Part shown: positions 29,728 to 50,554 of the stretch, in pieces
Numbering within the stretch: position 1 is the stretch's first letter
Layout: every line of letters starts with the position of its first letter
Position numbers and translations under genes: made by a program
Assembly (NCBI RefSeq): GCF_009914755.1
Contig: NC_060945.1
Length of the DNA: 64,000 bases
Origin: the human T2T-CHM13v2.0 reference genome, Homo sapiens
Direction: 5' to 3' (one strand)
The notes under the pieces: generated by a model
What the model was told of the DNA's origin: nothing
The model's input: only the letters and a program-made list of their open reading frames with translations
Databases searched by the model: none

Positions 29728-29888
29728 AGACCTCGCGCCGCGGCGGAGCGGGGCTGGGAAACCAGCCGGGCCTGGTGGCCGGGGGGAGGCGACGAGCGGC
29801 GGAGTCCGAGGCCCGGGCAGGAAGAGGCTGCGCCCGAAGCGGCGAGGCGGGCGGCCGAGGCAGAGGCGGAGAGGTGGCGGGCCCCCTC

Positions 29889-29945
29889 TCAGTCCCGTTC
29901 GCAGGATGAGGAAAAGGAGGCGGCGGCAGCGCTGGTCTTCAACAT
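29889..29945 (-). other. uORF, 18 aa (MLKTSAAAASFSSSCERD*) in SCAF4 leader
   Basis: ATG at 29945-29943, TGA at 29891-29889, read directly; translation not shown. Confidence 0.6.
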
Positions 29946-32160
29946 GTCCGTTTGGTGGTGGCGGCTGCGCTCTGCGTCTCGCTGACACGGCCCCCCGCGC
30001 CCTCACGCACTGGCTCACACTGGCCCGGCCGGCGAGCGGGCGGGCCTCTCTCTCCCTCTCTCCAGCGGGATGGCGGCAGCGGCCCGAGTCCACGCCGCGC
30101 GGGGCACCCTGGGACGGCTCAGGCCTCCCGGCGCTTCCTGTGCCCGGCGTTCGCCCCGCCCCGTCGCGCTGGCCCCGCCCCCTCCCCGCCTCGTCCCGCC
30201 CTGCGCCGCCCTGCACCGCCCCGCGTGCAGGGCTGCTGGCGCGTGACGCCGGGACGCTGGGCGCTTTCCCGCCGGCGGCGGCGGCGGCCGCGGCCGCGGG
30301 CCGGGGAGACGGCCTTGCAGAGCGCGGGATCCCAGGGCTGCGAGGGTGACCCAGAGCAAGCCCTGGCGCACGCGCGCTCCGCTCGACGCGGTGCTCCCGG
30401 GGTGCGTCTCTGCGAAACGCTCGGCCCTAACCGGCCCTGCACCCGGCGGGGGCGGCGGGCACTGAGCCGCTGGCTCTCGGCTGCCGCGAACAAAGGGCGC
30501 AGGATTTAACCTCGGCTCTCTGGGCGTGCCTTTGCAGGCCCTCGTGCGCTCTGCTGGGGAAAAGAAAAAAAGCTTCTGCCAATGCCAGTGCAGCTGTGTG
30601 TCCGCTGTAGTTGTGCAGGTTAATTCTGCGCGAGCGAAAACACCGAGAAAGACGTTCAGGCACTGGATATCCACGCAGGCCTTAAGGAACCCCTGTGCAG
30701 CCTTGTGCCACGAGAGGAGTGGATTCACTAACTTTCACGCTGATTCCTCAAACCAAGTTGTTTCATTTTTGGCCAAAACTCTTTATGTTGATCACTTTCC
30801 TTGAGTACCTACTGTCTGCCTAGTGTTGGAGACATGGAAATAAACGATAATTGTTTTGCCTGAAAACAGCACAGTTTAGTGGAGAGGACAGACAACTGAG
30901 CAGATACTTACCAAAGCATGCTTAGTGTTAGGGCACAGGCCCTGGGAAACGAGAAAGATGCGCCTCCGACAGGAAGTCCAGGCTACATCTGGAGGGAGGA
31001 GAGGCCTGCAGAGCCTGATGAGGACTGCCACCATCACCTCCCCCGAAGGAGGACCAGCTGGAGCTGAGGAGCAAGGTGGACTGAGAGAGGAGAGTGAGAC
31101 CATAAAGAGGCTTTGCTCTTCCAGAGTTTGGATTTTGCCCCCATAAGGCAGAGGGGAGCCCTTGAAAGGGGAAGGTGGAGTGATGGATGCAGTGTTCTCT
31201 CAGAAGGATGGTGCAAAGTAGTAAGAGGAGACAGGGAAAGAATGACCCCAGCCCCCTGGGAAAATGAGGGCTGAAGGTGGTGGCGATAGAGAAGGAAGAA
31301 CAGATGTTTAGGAAGTGGAGTGGAAGGGCTGAGGCAGAGTAACTGTGAGGTTAATAAAGGGGGTGTCAAGGAGGATGCCCACAGCCTGACTTGATGAATG
31401 ACCTGGGTGGTGGGTTTATGAGTCAACGTAGGGGATTTATGGGGAAGAAGGCGTGGGTTTGAGGGAAGACAGAATGATGGTTAACACTTGTCGCTTACCA
31501 TGTGCCAACGTCTGCTGACATGCTATTCTGTACTCTCCGTAACAGGCTTCTGGGTGAGGTGTCCATTAGTAATGCCCTCATTTTATAATTCAGGGAGTGA
31601 GTTAATTAATGTGCCCAAGGTCACACAGCTGGATCATTTCCCTTTGGTGCCTGTGGAGTTTGAGCTGCGCCTGGGACAAGTAAGTGAGGATGTCTAGGAG
31701 GCAGTTGGGTAAACACTTGCAGAGTCAGGAGCGATGGCTGAGATGATAGAAATCTGGGAGTCATTAGTGCACAGCTAGTGGTGGAAGGAGCTGAAATAGA
31801 TAGGGGGAAAAAGCCCAGGAACACGGGTATGTAAGGGATAAGTTGGAGGCAAGAAGAGGTGAAGAGAGAGCTCTGAAGTGATCAGCTCTGTCTGGTGCTT
31901 GGAGTAGAAGTCCAGCAAGATAAGAATTGGAAAGTGCCTGACGGGTGCTACATGCAGGGAGCTTGTCCTGCGTGTAGGCTGGCGTGGTGAGGGCAAAAGC
32001 TAGACTGATGTGTATCAAAGAGGGGAAGGCAGGCAGGAGAAAGTTTATAGAAACTTGGCTGTGAAGGCAAGTTGTGAAGACAACAGAAAAAACCTGCAGG
32101 AGGAAGTGAGAGTGTTTGCTTGTGTGTTGTTTTGTTTTGAGATGAGAGTAATGTACTCTT

Positions 32161-32323
32161 TTTTAAAATTATTTTATTTTATTATTATTATACTTTAAGT
32201 TTTAGGGTACATGTGCACAATGTGCAGGTTTGTTACATATGTATACATGTGCCATGTTGGTGTGCTGCACCCATTAACTCGTCATTTAGCATTACGTATA
32301 TCTCCAAATGCTATCCCTCCCCC
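32161..32323 (-). mobile_element. Young 5'-truncated L1PA 3' end (~L1PA3-5)
   Basis: tactttaagttttagggtacatgtgcacaatgtgcagg...; perfect 16-bp TSD agagtaatgtactctt (32145-32160, 32324-32339). Confidence 0.93.
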
Positions 32324-32539
32324 AGAGTAATGTACTCTTAATTACTTGTTAAAGGAACAAAGAAAGTAGTTTTCAAATTTTATTTTCGGGTCCACTCATC
32401 TTCTACTTCATTACCACTTCCTATCACTACTTTTTAATCTTCCAACTGAACTACCATTATATTTTCCAAATCCATCTTGTTTCTGTAACAGCTGTCATCC
32501 GCAAGACCACTAACATTGCATTAGAAAGTACAGACATGA

Positions 32540-33075
<536 letters not shown>

Positions 33076-33255
33076 CTAGTTGATATTGAGATGTCACTGC
33101 CTTTTCATTCATTAATCATGTATTGAGCATGTACTTTGTGCCAGGCACTGTGCGGAAAAGCTTCCCCACTCTCCTTTCAGCCAGTCTTGGCATCTTCCAC
33201 CATATGCTTCTATGACTCCACCATAGCACCTCTTACCTTGTATTGCTGTTATCTG

Positions 33256-33286
<31 letters not shown>

Positions 33287-34382
33287 CATTATTCTGACAT
33301 GATGTGCCCCCGCTGTATCTCTACCTGTTTCTGTGAAGAGTGGCAGAACTTAAAAATGGGTCCACAAAGCCAAATGAGATCCCCCTTCCCCAATTCATAC
33401 AGTCTGCTTTCCTCTTGTGAGTCAGGGAAATAGATCTGGCTAAGGAAGGATGAAGTCTTAAGCTGGGGTTGGAAAGGGGGACTTGGGAGGAGAGTAGTGA
33501 GTTGAGCTTTGGACAGGTTGCCTTGGGACTCGGTGCTTTACAGCTATTGGGGCCTATAATGGTTGTTGAATGAGGAAGTGATAGTCCAAAGGGGGTATTT
33601 TCTGTGTACCATCCTACTGAGATTTGAATGCACAAGAAACAAGATTTGGCTTCTAAGATCCATGTGCTTGAGATAGTTAACGGATTTTGGAGGTTCTTTC
33701 CTGGATAGGATTATTTGGTTTTTATGTTGACAGTGTTTGAGAGGTCTTTTAGCAAGTAGTTGGTATCAGCTAGACTTTGGGTGCCTTGGCAGCATTTTCT
33801 AGCATTTTCCTGTTCTGAAGACAGCAGCACCTGTATCTGTTCTGGAACATCTGGTGGCCATTTGCACAGCTACTGCTGGACTTCCATCTTTATCTCTCCA
33901 GGCAGACGAGTCGAACCTTCCAATAGGAAATTTTGGGTAAATGACAAAAACTTATGAGGGTTGTCCTTTGTGAGCAGACTTTGAAGCAGTAGGAATGTAG
34001 CCTATTGAAAAGATGGCCAGAGGTTCAGAAATAAGCGTGACGGATAAAAATCAGCAAGACATTTAATACATCTGCAAACTTGCCTTCTTTCAAAGAACAT
34101 TGATTGAAACAGATTCGTTTGTTCATAATGTGGGTGTGAAAATAGTTCTGAAAAGCCATTCTAAACAAACTTATGTTTTTAAAAAGAGTAGATGAAATCT
34201 GTTTGCGGAGGAAGGAAAAGATGACATTCAGGAAGCAATGTTCTGGTTAATTCTGTGTTCTTCAAAAGCCAGCTCATTTTCTTGAAAAGAATGCTGGCCA
34301 CAATCCACAGGTATAGAGAATATGGAGAGAAAGCATCTCACGCCTGAAGAGTCCAATAAAACATTTATAGATAAGAATTTAA

Positions 34383-34826
<444 letters not shown>

Positions 34827-35330
34827 TTGAAAATGAGTTCTTTCTAATGCTTTATGCCATATACTTTCTGGAGAGAGTATAAACTGGCTGTATTATATGA
34901 GACTTCTTTCTCCTTGGTCTGCTTTCCTTCTCTGGCCAGCCTCCTGGATTCAAGTCATTTGTCAGATATGTGTATCGTAAATACTTCCTCCCAGTCTGTG
35001 GCTTACCTTTTCATTATCTTGCCTCCTCCTCTCTCTGAAGCTTTCCCTGACACCTCTGTGATTCTTCTTCCTCCCCACTTAGGGATGTGACTGAACTCTC
35101 TCCTGGTTTAGAACTGCATTTCAACTGCCCACTGGGGAATTCCACATGGGGATCCCTCCATCCCCAAGGGACCCACCTGACTCCTTTTGTGCATCTTCTG
35201 TCTTCATGCCCTTTATGTTGTTGGGGCCAAAACAATGGAATGAAATGTGTGGAAAGCAGGAACTCCAAGAAGGAAGAGCTCAACGGCAGTTGGGCAATGG
35301 GATTTTAGGGAATTTTCATTTTCTTTTTAA

Positions 35331-36444
<1,114 letters not shown>

Positions 36445-37202
36445 ATGTATACTTTCTTTAGTAAAGTGTTCAAATCGTTTGCCCTTTAAAAAAACGGATC
36501 ATTTGGAAGCTTCAATAGGAAGCTATTGAATGATATGAGTCCTTTGTCAGATATGTGTGTTGTAAACATTTCCTCACAGTCTGTGGCTTTCCTTTTCATT
36601 TTCTTTTGAAAAGCAGATGTTTTTAATTTTGATGGATATAATTTATTACTTTTTTCTTTTATGGTTTGTGCTTTTCTGTCATATTGAAAAATTTTTGCTT
36701 ATCCCCAGGATATGGAAATGTTCTCCTCTATTTTCTTCTTGACTCTTTATAGCTTAGCACTTTTGTTTAAGTCTGTGATCCATTTTGATTTAATATATGT
36801 GTATGAGATAAGATAAATATCAAGCTTCATTTTTTTACATTAGGATATCTAGTTGTTCCAGCACTATTTGTTGGAAAAAAAGATCATTTCCCCCATTGAA
36901 TTACTTTGCCTCCTTTGTTGAAAATCAGTTGACCACATATGTGTGGATCTAGTTCCACGTATGTGTACTCTGTTCCTTTATATATATCTATATACTTTTC
37001 TTGCATATACATAGCCCACTGTCTTAATTTCTCTAGTAATTCAAGTAAATCAGTTAAAGTCTCCAACATAGTTCTTTTAAAAATTGTTTTCACTATGCTG
37101 TAATCTTTGCATTTCTATATAAATTTTTAAATCAACTTGTTAATTTCAAAAAAAAAAAAACACCCCACACAACTGAAAACAAGACAAAATAGGAAGTATG
37201 CT

Positions 37203-37523
<321 letters not shown>

Positions 37524-37866
37524 TCACAAATGGGTGTTAATGTTGTCAGATACCATGGCTATATTCATTGGGATGATTATGTGATTTTGTCTATTCTATT
37601 ATATTAATGAATTACTGTGATTGGTTTTTGAATGTGAAACCAACCTGGCATTCCTATAATAAAATCCACTTGGTTATGGGATATTACTTTTTTTATATGT
37701 TGCCGGGTTCAATTTGCAAAGATTCTGTCTGTCAAAATATTTCCTTCTATATTCATGAGTGGTATTGGTGGTCTCTGTTTTCCTTTTCTTGTAATGGTTT
37801 TGGTGTCGGGGTAGCTTGCTCTCATCAAATTATTTGATAAGTGCTTCTCTCCTTCCCTGTTATCTA

Positions 37867-41061
<3,195 letters not shown>

Positions 41062-41394
41062 TACAATATGCATCTTTAAGTTATTACAGTCCACTTTCAA
41101 ATAAACTTATGCTACTCGACATATAATGTGTGATTCTTATTATATGCCTCTATTTCCTCTCCAATCCTGTGCTTATTGTTGTTTTATATTTTATTTCTAC
41201 ATGTATATTTTATAAGCCTACAATACATTAATATTGTTTTTTCTTTAGTCATTATTTTGAAAACAAGAAAATACTTTTTGTATTTTCCCACATATTTAAC
41301 ATTTTCAGTACTCTTCATTCCTGTGTATAGATCCAAGTTTCCATCTGTTGTCAATTTTCTTTTTCATAGGGAAGTTTCTTTCATATTTGTTTTA

Positions 41395-41753
<359 letters not shown>

Positions 41754-43055
41754 CTATATTTTACCTGAAATTCTGAAAGGGATTTTCTGTGGGTATAGAA
41801 TTCTACATTTACAGGGTTTGCCCCTTACCTAGCACTTGAAAATGTGTCATTCCATTGTTTTCTGGCTTGCATAGTTTCTCATGAGAAATCTGTGAGATAA
41901 TTCTTATATTTGTAAATAATTGCCTTTTGTCCAATGTCTGAAAATTGTTATTTCCTGTATATTTTCCAGTTTTCTGGTTTGTTTCTTTTTTATGGTGAAA
42001 TGGTAATTCTGTACCGTTACTACCTCATGATGAGAGACAGAAGTTCCATACTTAGAGCCTTTTTGTGTTCTAAGAATTCTTTGCCTGTCCTAAGATCATG
42101 AGGATATCCTCTGTGTTTCTTTTAAAAGCTTTACAGTTTTAGTGCACAGATTTTAGGTCCATGGCCTATCTCAAGTAAATTTTTTTGTATGTGCGTGAGA
42201 CAGGAATAAAGGTTCATTTTTTAAAAAGTTATTTCATCATCCTTTATTGAAAAGCTTTCTTCCCTCCATTGAACTGCATTGGAACTTCTGTCTAAAATTA
42301 AGTGGCTACATATGTGTGGGCCTATTTCTGACCTCATTATTCTGTTCCTTTCATCACCAGTACCACACTGTCTTGATTGCTGTAACTTTATAGTAAGTTT
42401 TGAAATTAGGAAGTCTTCCAACTTTGCTCTTCTTTGAGGTTATCTTGTCACAAGGACCCAAGTGGCAGTAATTTTTAAAGCTCCTCAGGTGATTCCAATG
42501 TGAAGCCAAGGTTAAGAAGTACCGTCTTAGGGGCTGAGGAGTCCTAGGCTGGTCCCGCTGGGTTTGTGGTTTTGTGGTTTTGTGTTTTCAACGCATTTCC
42601 TTCAGGACAGTATGTTTATAGTCTGTTTGCTTCTGAATAATTTCATGTGTAAGTAACCACATCCAAGGGCTTTGTGGAGAAATGGCCTTTAAGCCTAAGA
42701 ACTCTTGGCTCCAAGCTGCTGATCATTGTGCCCTGTCCCGTCCCCTCTCCCATAGGTTCAGTGGCTATTGCATGAGATAATTTGATAGAAAAGAGTTACA
42801 TGGGGAACACTGCCCTTAGTCACCTCTTTGGTGTCTAAGTGCCCAAACTCCCCTGCTTAGACAGTCACTTTCCTGCGTCCCCTTGTATTAGCTTCAACTG
42901 AAGTAGAGGAAAAATTGCCTTTATTAACCCTGCCAGGCTTAAAATTATGGGACTCTCTGTTAAATTGGATTGGAGAAGAACTTCACATTTAGTAAAACTG
43001 ATTTTCCCCCCACTCACCTCTCAAACCAGGTGTCTCTAAGTTAAGATCTCCTCTT

Positions 43056-43464
<409 letters not shown>

Positions 43465-43824
43465 TCAAGAAGTGAGCAGTCCAGAGCTGGTGAGGTGATT
43501 CTGCCATCCCCAACATGTGAACTCCAGGGTGACTTTGCCATTTGTCATGATTTTCTAGCCACAGGATGGAGAAAGAGGAAGTAGAAGGCCTGCAGTTTCC
43601 ATTTTAGGATGTTACATACTTCATGTTCACTCATATCCCATTGGTCAGAGCTTGGTCACAGGGCCATGCAAGGTGCAGGGGAGGCTGGGAAAGGTATTTT
43701 TGGACCGGATGACCATGTATCTTGCTGAATCTCAGAAAACTTCTATTATTAAAGGTACTAAAGTCTGAATGGATATGGGAGGAAAATCATTAATCTTCAC
43801 CATGGCTGTCTTTTGCCAAGAGCC

Positions 43825-44183
43825 CAATAAGGTTTGGCTGTGTCCCCACCCAAATCTCATCTTGAATTGTAGCTCCTATAATTCCCACGTACTGTGGAAG
43901 GGACCTGGTGGGAGATAATTGGATCCTGGGGGCAGGTCTTTCCCGTGCTATTCTTGTGATAGTGAATAAGTCTCACAAGATTTGATAGTTTTGTAAAGGG
44001 GAGTTTCCCTGCACAAGCTCTCTTCTCTTGTCTGCTGCCATGTGAGATGTGCCTTTCACCTTCTGCCATGATTGTGAGGCCTCCTTAGCTACGTAGAACT
44101 GTGAGTCCATTAAACCTCTTTCTCTTGTAAATTGCCCAGTCTCGGGTATGTCTTTATCAGCAGTATGAAAACAGACTAATACA
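43825..44183 (+). mobile_element. THE1 solo LTR (THE1B/C-like) inserted in an older MaLR region
   Basis: ggtttggctgtgtccccacccaaatctcatcttgaattg...gactaataca; 5-bp TSD gagcc/gagct. Confidence 0.88.
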
Positions 44184-44659
44184 GAGCTATAACAATGAAT
44201 AAAAAAATCAACATTCTGAAATTTCATACCATTCCTCCCAATAGCACAGCATGTAGAGTTGGCCACATTTTACCTAAATCTTTTGCCATCACCAAATTAC
44301 TGACCTGGAATAATTTAATCTTACTGCCTTCTATCCTACCTCTTCTGCTCAGCCAATTAATATTTTAGAGTCTATTTCTCATAGCAAACCACTTCAAAAC
44401 ATAAAATTCTGTCTCAAGTAGGAATGCTTATGGCTGCAAGTAATGACAACCTGATCAATAGCTTAAAAAGGGGTTTATTTTTCTCATTACATAAAAAGTC
44501 TAGAGTAGGTGGTTTCTGGCATTGGTTCCAATGCTGCAGCCGAGGACTAAGACTCTTTCTTTCATTCTGCTTGACTTTTCTTAACATGTTGGCTTTTTGA
44601 CTTCTTCTTTGTTATTTTGTGCTTGCAAGATGATTGCTATGGTTCCAGCCATCACATCT

Positions 44660-44974
<315 letters not shown>

Positions 44975-46739
44975 CATCGTATCTATTTCAAAGTGTGAAT
45001 CAGGAGAGAGGGTGGTATCTGCTGCGTCTGCTCCTTACTTACGTAAAGAAAGGAGGTTATTCCACCAAGATCATGCCATTGCATTGCAGCCTGGGCAACA
45101 GAGCGAGACTCTGTCTCAAAAAAACTAAACTAAACTAAAATAATAAAAATTTAAAAATTAGAAAAGAGGCTATTCCAGAAATGTCTCCCCACAGGTCTCC
45201 TTACCTCCTTATTGACCAGAAATGAGCCATGTGCTCATTCCTAAACCAATGGAAAGAAGAAAGGGATTGGATGAACACCAGTCAGGATTCATCTGCTAGG
45301 GCTAGAATATGAGCAACTTTCCTTTAGAACAAGGGATCTTTGCCTTCTATCTGAACAAGTAAGTTCTATTAGCAAGGGAGAACAGGGAAGAAGGAAGCTA
45401 AGGTATGGCTAATGAGTGAGAACAAAGACTAACGGCCACACAGACAGGACACTGTGAGTGTGAGTGTGGGCTGTGTGATTGTGTAAGCACGCAGGAAGTA
45501 TGGAAGGATGTATACTTGGTTGTCAGCACATGCCACATCACAGTGGGAAAGGGGGCATGGATACAGGTGAAGGTGGGAGGGGAAGCAAACAAAACTGAAA
45601 AGAAAAAGTGGCCTAAAAATATGGCGATCACGTTTATGCATTTATGTCCAATTGTGTACTTATGTGAATATCTAAATAAATTTGAAAAATGTTTAAAATA
45701 ATCCTGATCCCATCCTAAATACAGGTAGTTTTTTGCATTATGTCAGCACCCTGGCTGAGCCCCTGCATTCAAGCAAAAAAACTAAATCAATGAATGATGA
45801 GTACATGAATAAATGAATAAGTCCATAGCAGCCACAGTAGATATCCCATTGTCCACGGATTAAGATCGTTCATGCCACCAGCTAGAGGGACAGCCACTCT
45901 GCACTCACTCCCTAGCATAGTTATCTAGTGCAATTCTAACATCTTGAATCTTCTTCTTTTTGTTTTAAAGTCCCAGCATATGAAAAGTAGAAAAATAGTT
46001 AAGGAGGCTACTAGAGATAGGGAAACTGACAGCAACTAGAGGTAACAGCTGACATGTTGACAGTGAAGAAGACAGCCATCTATAGGAAGCAGACACAAGA
46101 ACACACAAAGAACATACACAAGAACACACACGATCTATAGACAGCAATCTATAGGAAGCAGACGAAAGAACACACAAAGACAACACTGTCAGGCCATTTT
46201 GTTTAGGAGGAACTTGTTCCAGGCACCTCCATAACCCCCGGTGGCACTGGTTTTACAGCAAGTCACAACAAGGCTGCTATACACATCAGGCCCCAGTGAA
46301 TGAGGAATGGGAGAGTATGCGCCACATTCTCTGTTTAAGAAGGCAAGGCGGTGTGTGATAGAACAGAGGACAAGGGCTATGCCCAGTTCATCCTTGTGAC
46401 TTTCAAGGCACAACTTTCAGCTCTCAGCTGGATGCCACATCTGGACTCCGCAGCCTTCTCAAGCTCAGCACATTTTAAACTCTTCCTGCGTCATTTCCAA
46501 CTGAGGTGCCAAGTTGTCATTGGCTACCAAAGCTATAGGCAAATCCATGTATTGAGATTTTCAAGGGCAATGTCTGAAAAAGTGTTTCTCAGCAATTCCT
46601 CATCCTTCCCTACTTGGAGATAATAAACATGATCAGGGTGCAGAGAGAGAGAATTTGGGATAAGGAGATTGGTAGTGAGAGTTTTGGGGGAAAGGAGTTG
46701 ACCGTTTCAGGCTTCTAACCCCCCTCTATTTGGGGTGAG

Positions 46740-47267
<528 letters not shown>

Positions 47268-47634
47268 ATTGTAACCTCATGCCTCATGAGGAAGACCACA
47301 GGGGTCCCCAGGAGAGTTTTAAGATATGTCCCTGCTAGGTGGGCAACATAAAGGATGAGTACCTAGACTGTATCTAAGGCGGCCATGGGCTAGGCTCTGA
47401 CTCTCCCAAGGGGGAGAGAAGGGTGAAGACCTGCTTTGGTGGCATACCCCGTGCTATGACACTGGGATAGGAGGTGACGCTGAGTGTTTCCCAAGGACCA
47501 CACTCAGGATTGAGTGGGAGAGAGAGCAGCCACCTGGAGACCTCAGCAGATAGAGGCTGGAGTGGATCAACTCCTGCCCAGGGATTAAAGACATCACAAG
47601 AGACCACCCAGAATAGGTGCATTCTTTGCAGTCA

Positions 47635-48907
<1,273 letters not shown>

Positions 48908-49130
48908 CATTCTAACATTCTAACTACTAAATTGAAACTGTTTGTGACCTAATATGACTCATCTGTTCCAAGGAATGAGTGGAAAAGGTTTGGGACCTGC
49001 CAGAGTTTCCCAGCTCATGAGAAGGCCACCTCCACTAGGGAGAGCTTAGGGGGATGATAGGAACACACTGAAGTAAGGTTTGGTTTCTGGCATGACTCAT
49101 GCTTGTTCAACATGCTGGATCCAATAACAT

Positions 49131-49841
49131 ATAGAATGAGTGTCCCTAATCCCCAAATCCAAAATATGAAATGCTCCAAAATGTACTAGTTTTTGAGAAC
49201 TGATGTGACATCACAAGTGCAAAATTTCTCATTTGACCTCATGTGAAGGGGTGGCAGGCAAAACACAGTCGAAACTCTGTTTCATGCACAAAATTGTTTA
49301 AAATATTGTATAAAATTTCCTTCAGGCTGCGTGCATAAGGTGTATATGAAACATAAATGGCCAGGGGTGGTGGCTCACGCCTATAATCCCAGCACTTTAG
49401 GAGGCCGAGGTGGGTGGGTCACCTGAGGTCAGGAGTTTGAGACCAGCCTGGCCAACATGGCAAAACTCCGTCTCTACTAAAAATGCAAAAATTCGCCAGG
49501 CGTGGTGGCACATGCCTGTAATCCCAGCTACTTGAGAGGCTGAGGCACAAGAATCGCTTGAACCCAGGATGGGGAGGTTGTAGTGAGCCGAGATTGCGCC
49601 ACTGCACTCCAGAGTGCACTGCAACAGAGTGAGACTCTGTCTCAAAAAAAAAAAAAAAAAAGCAAACAAACAAACAAAAAACCGTAAATGAAACAAACAA
49701 AAAACCGTAAATGAATTTTGTGTTTAGACTTGAGTTTCAACCCCAAGGTATGTATGTGCAAATATTCCAAAAAGTGAAAACATCTGAAATCTGAGACATT
49801 TCTGGTCCCAGGTATTTCACACAAGAGATATTCAACCTGTA
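49131..49841. mobile_element. Tigger4/MER46-type DNA transposon interrupted by an Alu
   Basis: Terminal ...atattcaacctg|ta; internal ccaaaatatgaaatgctccaaaa and ctggtcccaggtattt. Confidence 0.7.
49359..49681 (+). mobile_element. AluS
   Basis: Dimer. Confidence 0.93.
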
Positions 49842-49977
49842 TTATTAAGCACATGCTGGACATCATGCTAAGCCCTTTTCATGCATTACACATGAAACCT
49901 CCCAACCAGCCTCTACTGTTAAGCCAATTTCACAGAAGAGGAACCGAAGCAAAGGAAAGATAGGCTATGGTCTAGAG

Positions 49978-50203
49978 GAAGCTTGTCCAACGCACAGCCT
50001 GTAGGCTGCATGTGGCCCAGGACAGCTTTGAATGCAGCCCAACACAAATTTGCAAACTTTCTTAAAACATTATGAGTTTTTTGTTTGTTTTTTGTTCCTG
50101 TTTTAGCTCATTAGCTATCATTAGTGTTAGCGTGTTTTATGTGTGGCCCAAGACATTCTTCTTCCCATGTAGCCCAGGGGAACCAAAAGATTGGACAACC
50201 TTG
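49978..50203 (-). mobile_element. MER30 hAT DNA transposon inserted in a MIR
   Basis: Reverse-complement MER30; perfect 8-bp TSD gtctagag. Confidence 0.9.
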
Positions 50204-50554
50204 GTCTAGAGCCTCATTATTAAGTGGTGGAGATGAGATTCGAACCCAGGCAACCCAGGACCAGCCTGAGTTCTCAATCGCTATGTCATGCTGACTGGAA
50301 GCACAGCAACCCAAGCCTTGGTTCTCAAAAGGTTTGTTATTGGCTGAGAGGTCTTGACTTCCCCTAGAATCCCAGGGTTGCTGACTTTGTTTCTCCCGTC
50401 AGAGCCTGCCACAGACTCCTTATTGGATCCGAGTTGGCCAGAGACCCTTCAGACCTCATTGAATCAGCTGGGTCACAAGTGCCAAGTTGCTCGCAGTGCA
50501 GCCTGGACCGGCTCTGGAACTTCTCATTGTCAAAGCTAAGAGTCAATTGAGTCA

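Larger units (their letters stand above)
29685..30110 (-). other. SCAF4: SCAF4 GC-rich 5'UTR (upstream boundary/TSS approximate)
   Basis: Contiguous with the start codon; ETS/GC-box cluster begins ~30130; exact TSS not determinable from sequence. Confidence 0.65.
28850..30720. promoter_or_regulatory. CpG island / TATA-less SCAF4 promoter
   Basis: Very high GC and CpG density; ETS-like CAGGAAG (minus, ~30134-30140); GC boxes CCCCGCCCC ~30154-30190; NRF1-like GCGCACGCGC 30366-30375; YY1-like ATGGCGGC ~30070-30077; half-CRE TGACG ~30244. Confidence 0.92.

Noticed and set aside
29037-30804. Long overlapping ORFs (up to 237 aa) across the CpG island
   Set aside because: Stop-poor GC-rich DNA gives R/G/P/A-rich ORFs in all frames; only the 30-nt SCAF4 exon 1 CDS is supported
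43905-43930. DUX4-inducible THE1 promoter
   Set aside because: The TAATTGAATCA-type site is mutated here (taattggatcc) and deleted in the LTR at 63117
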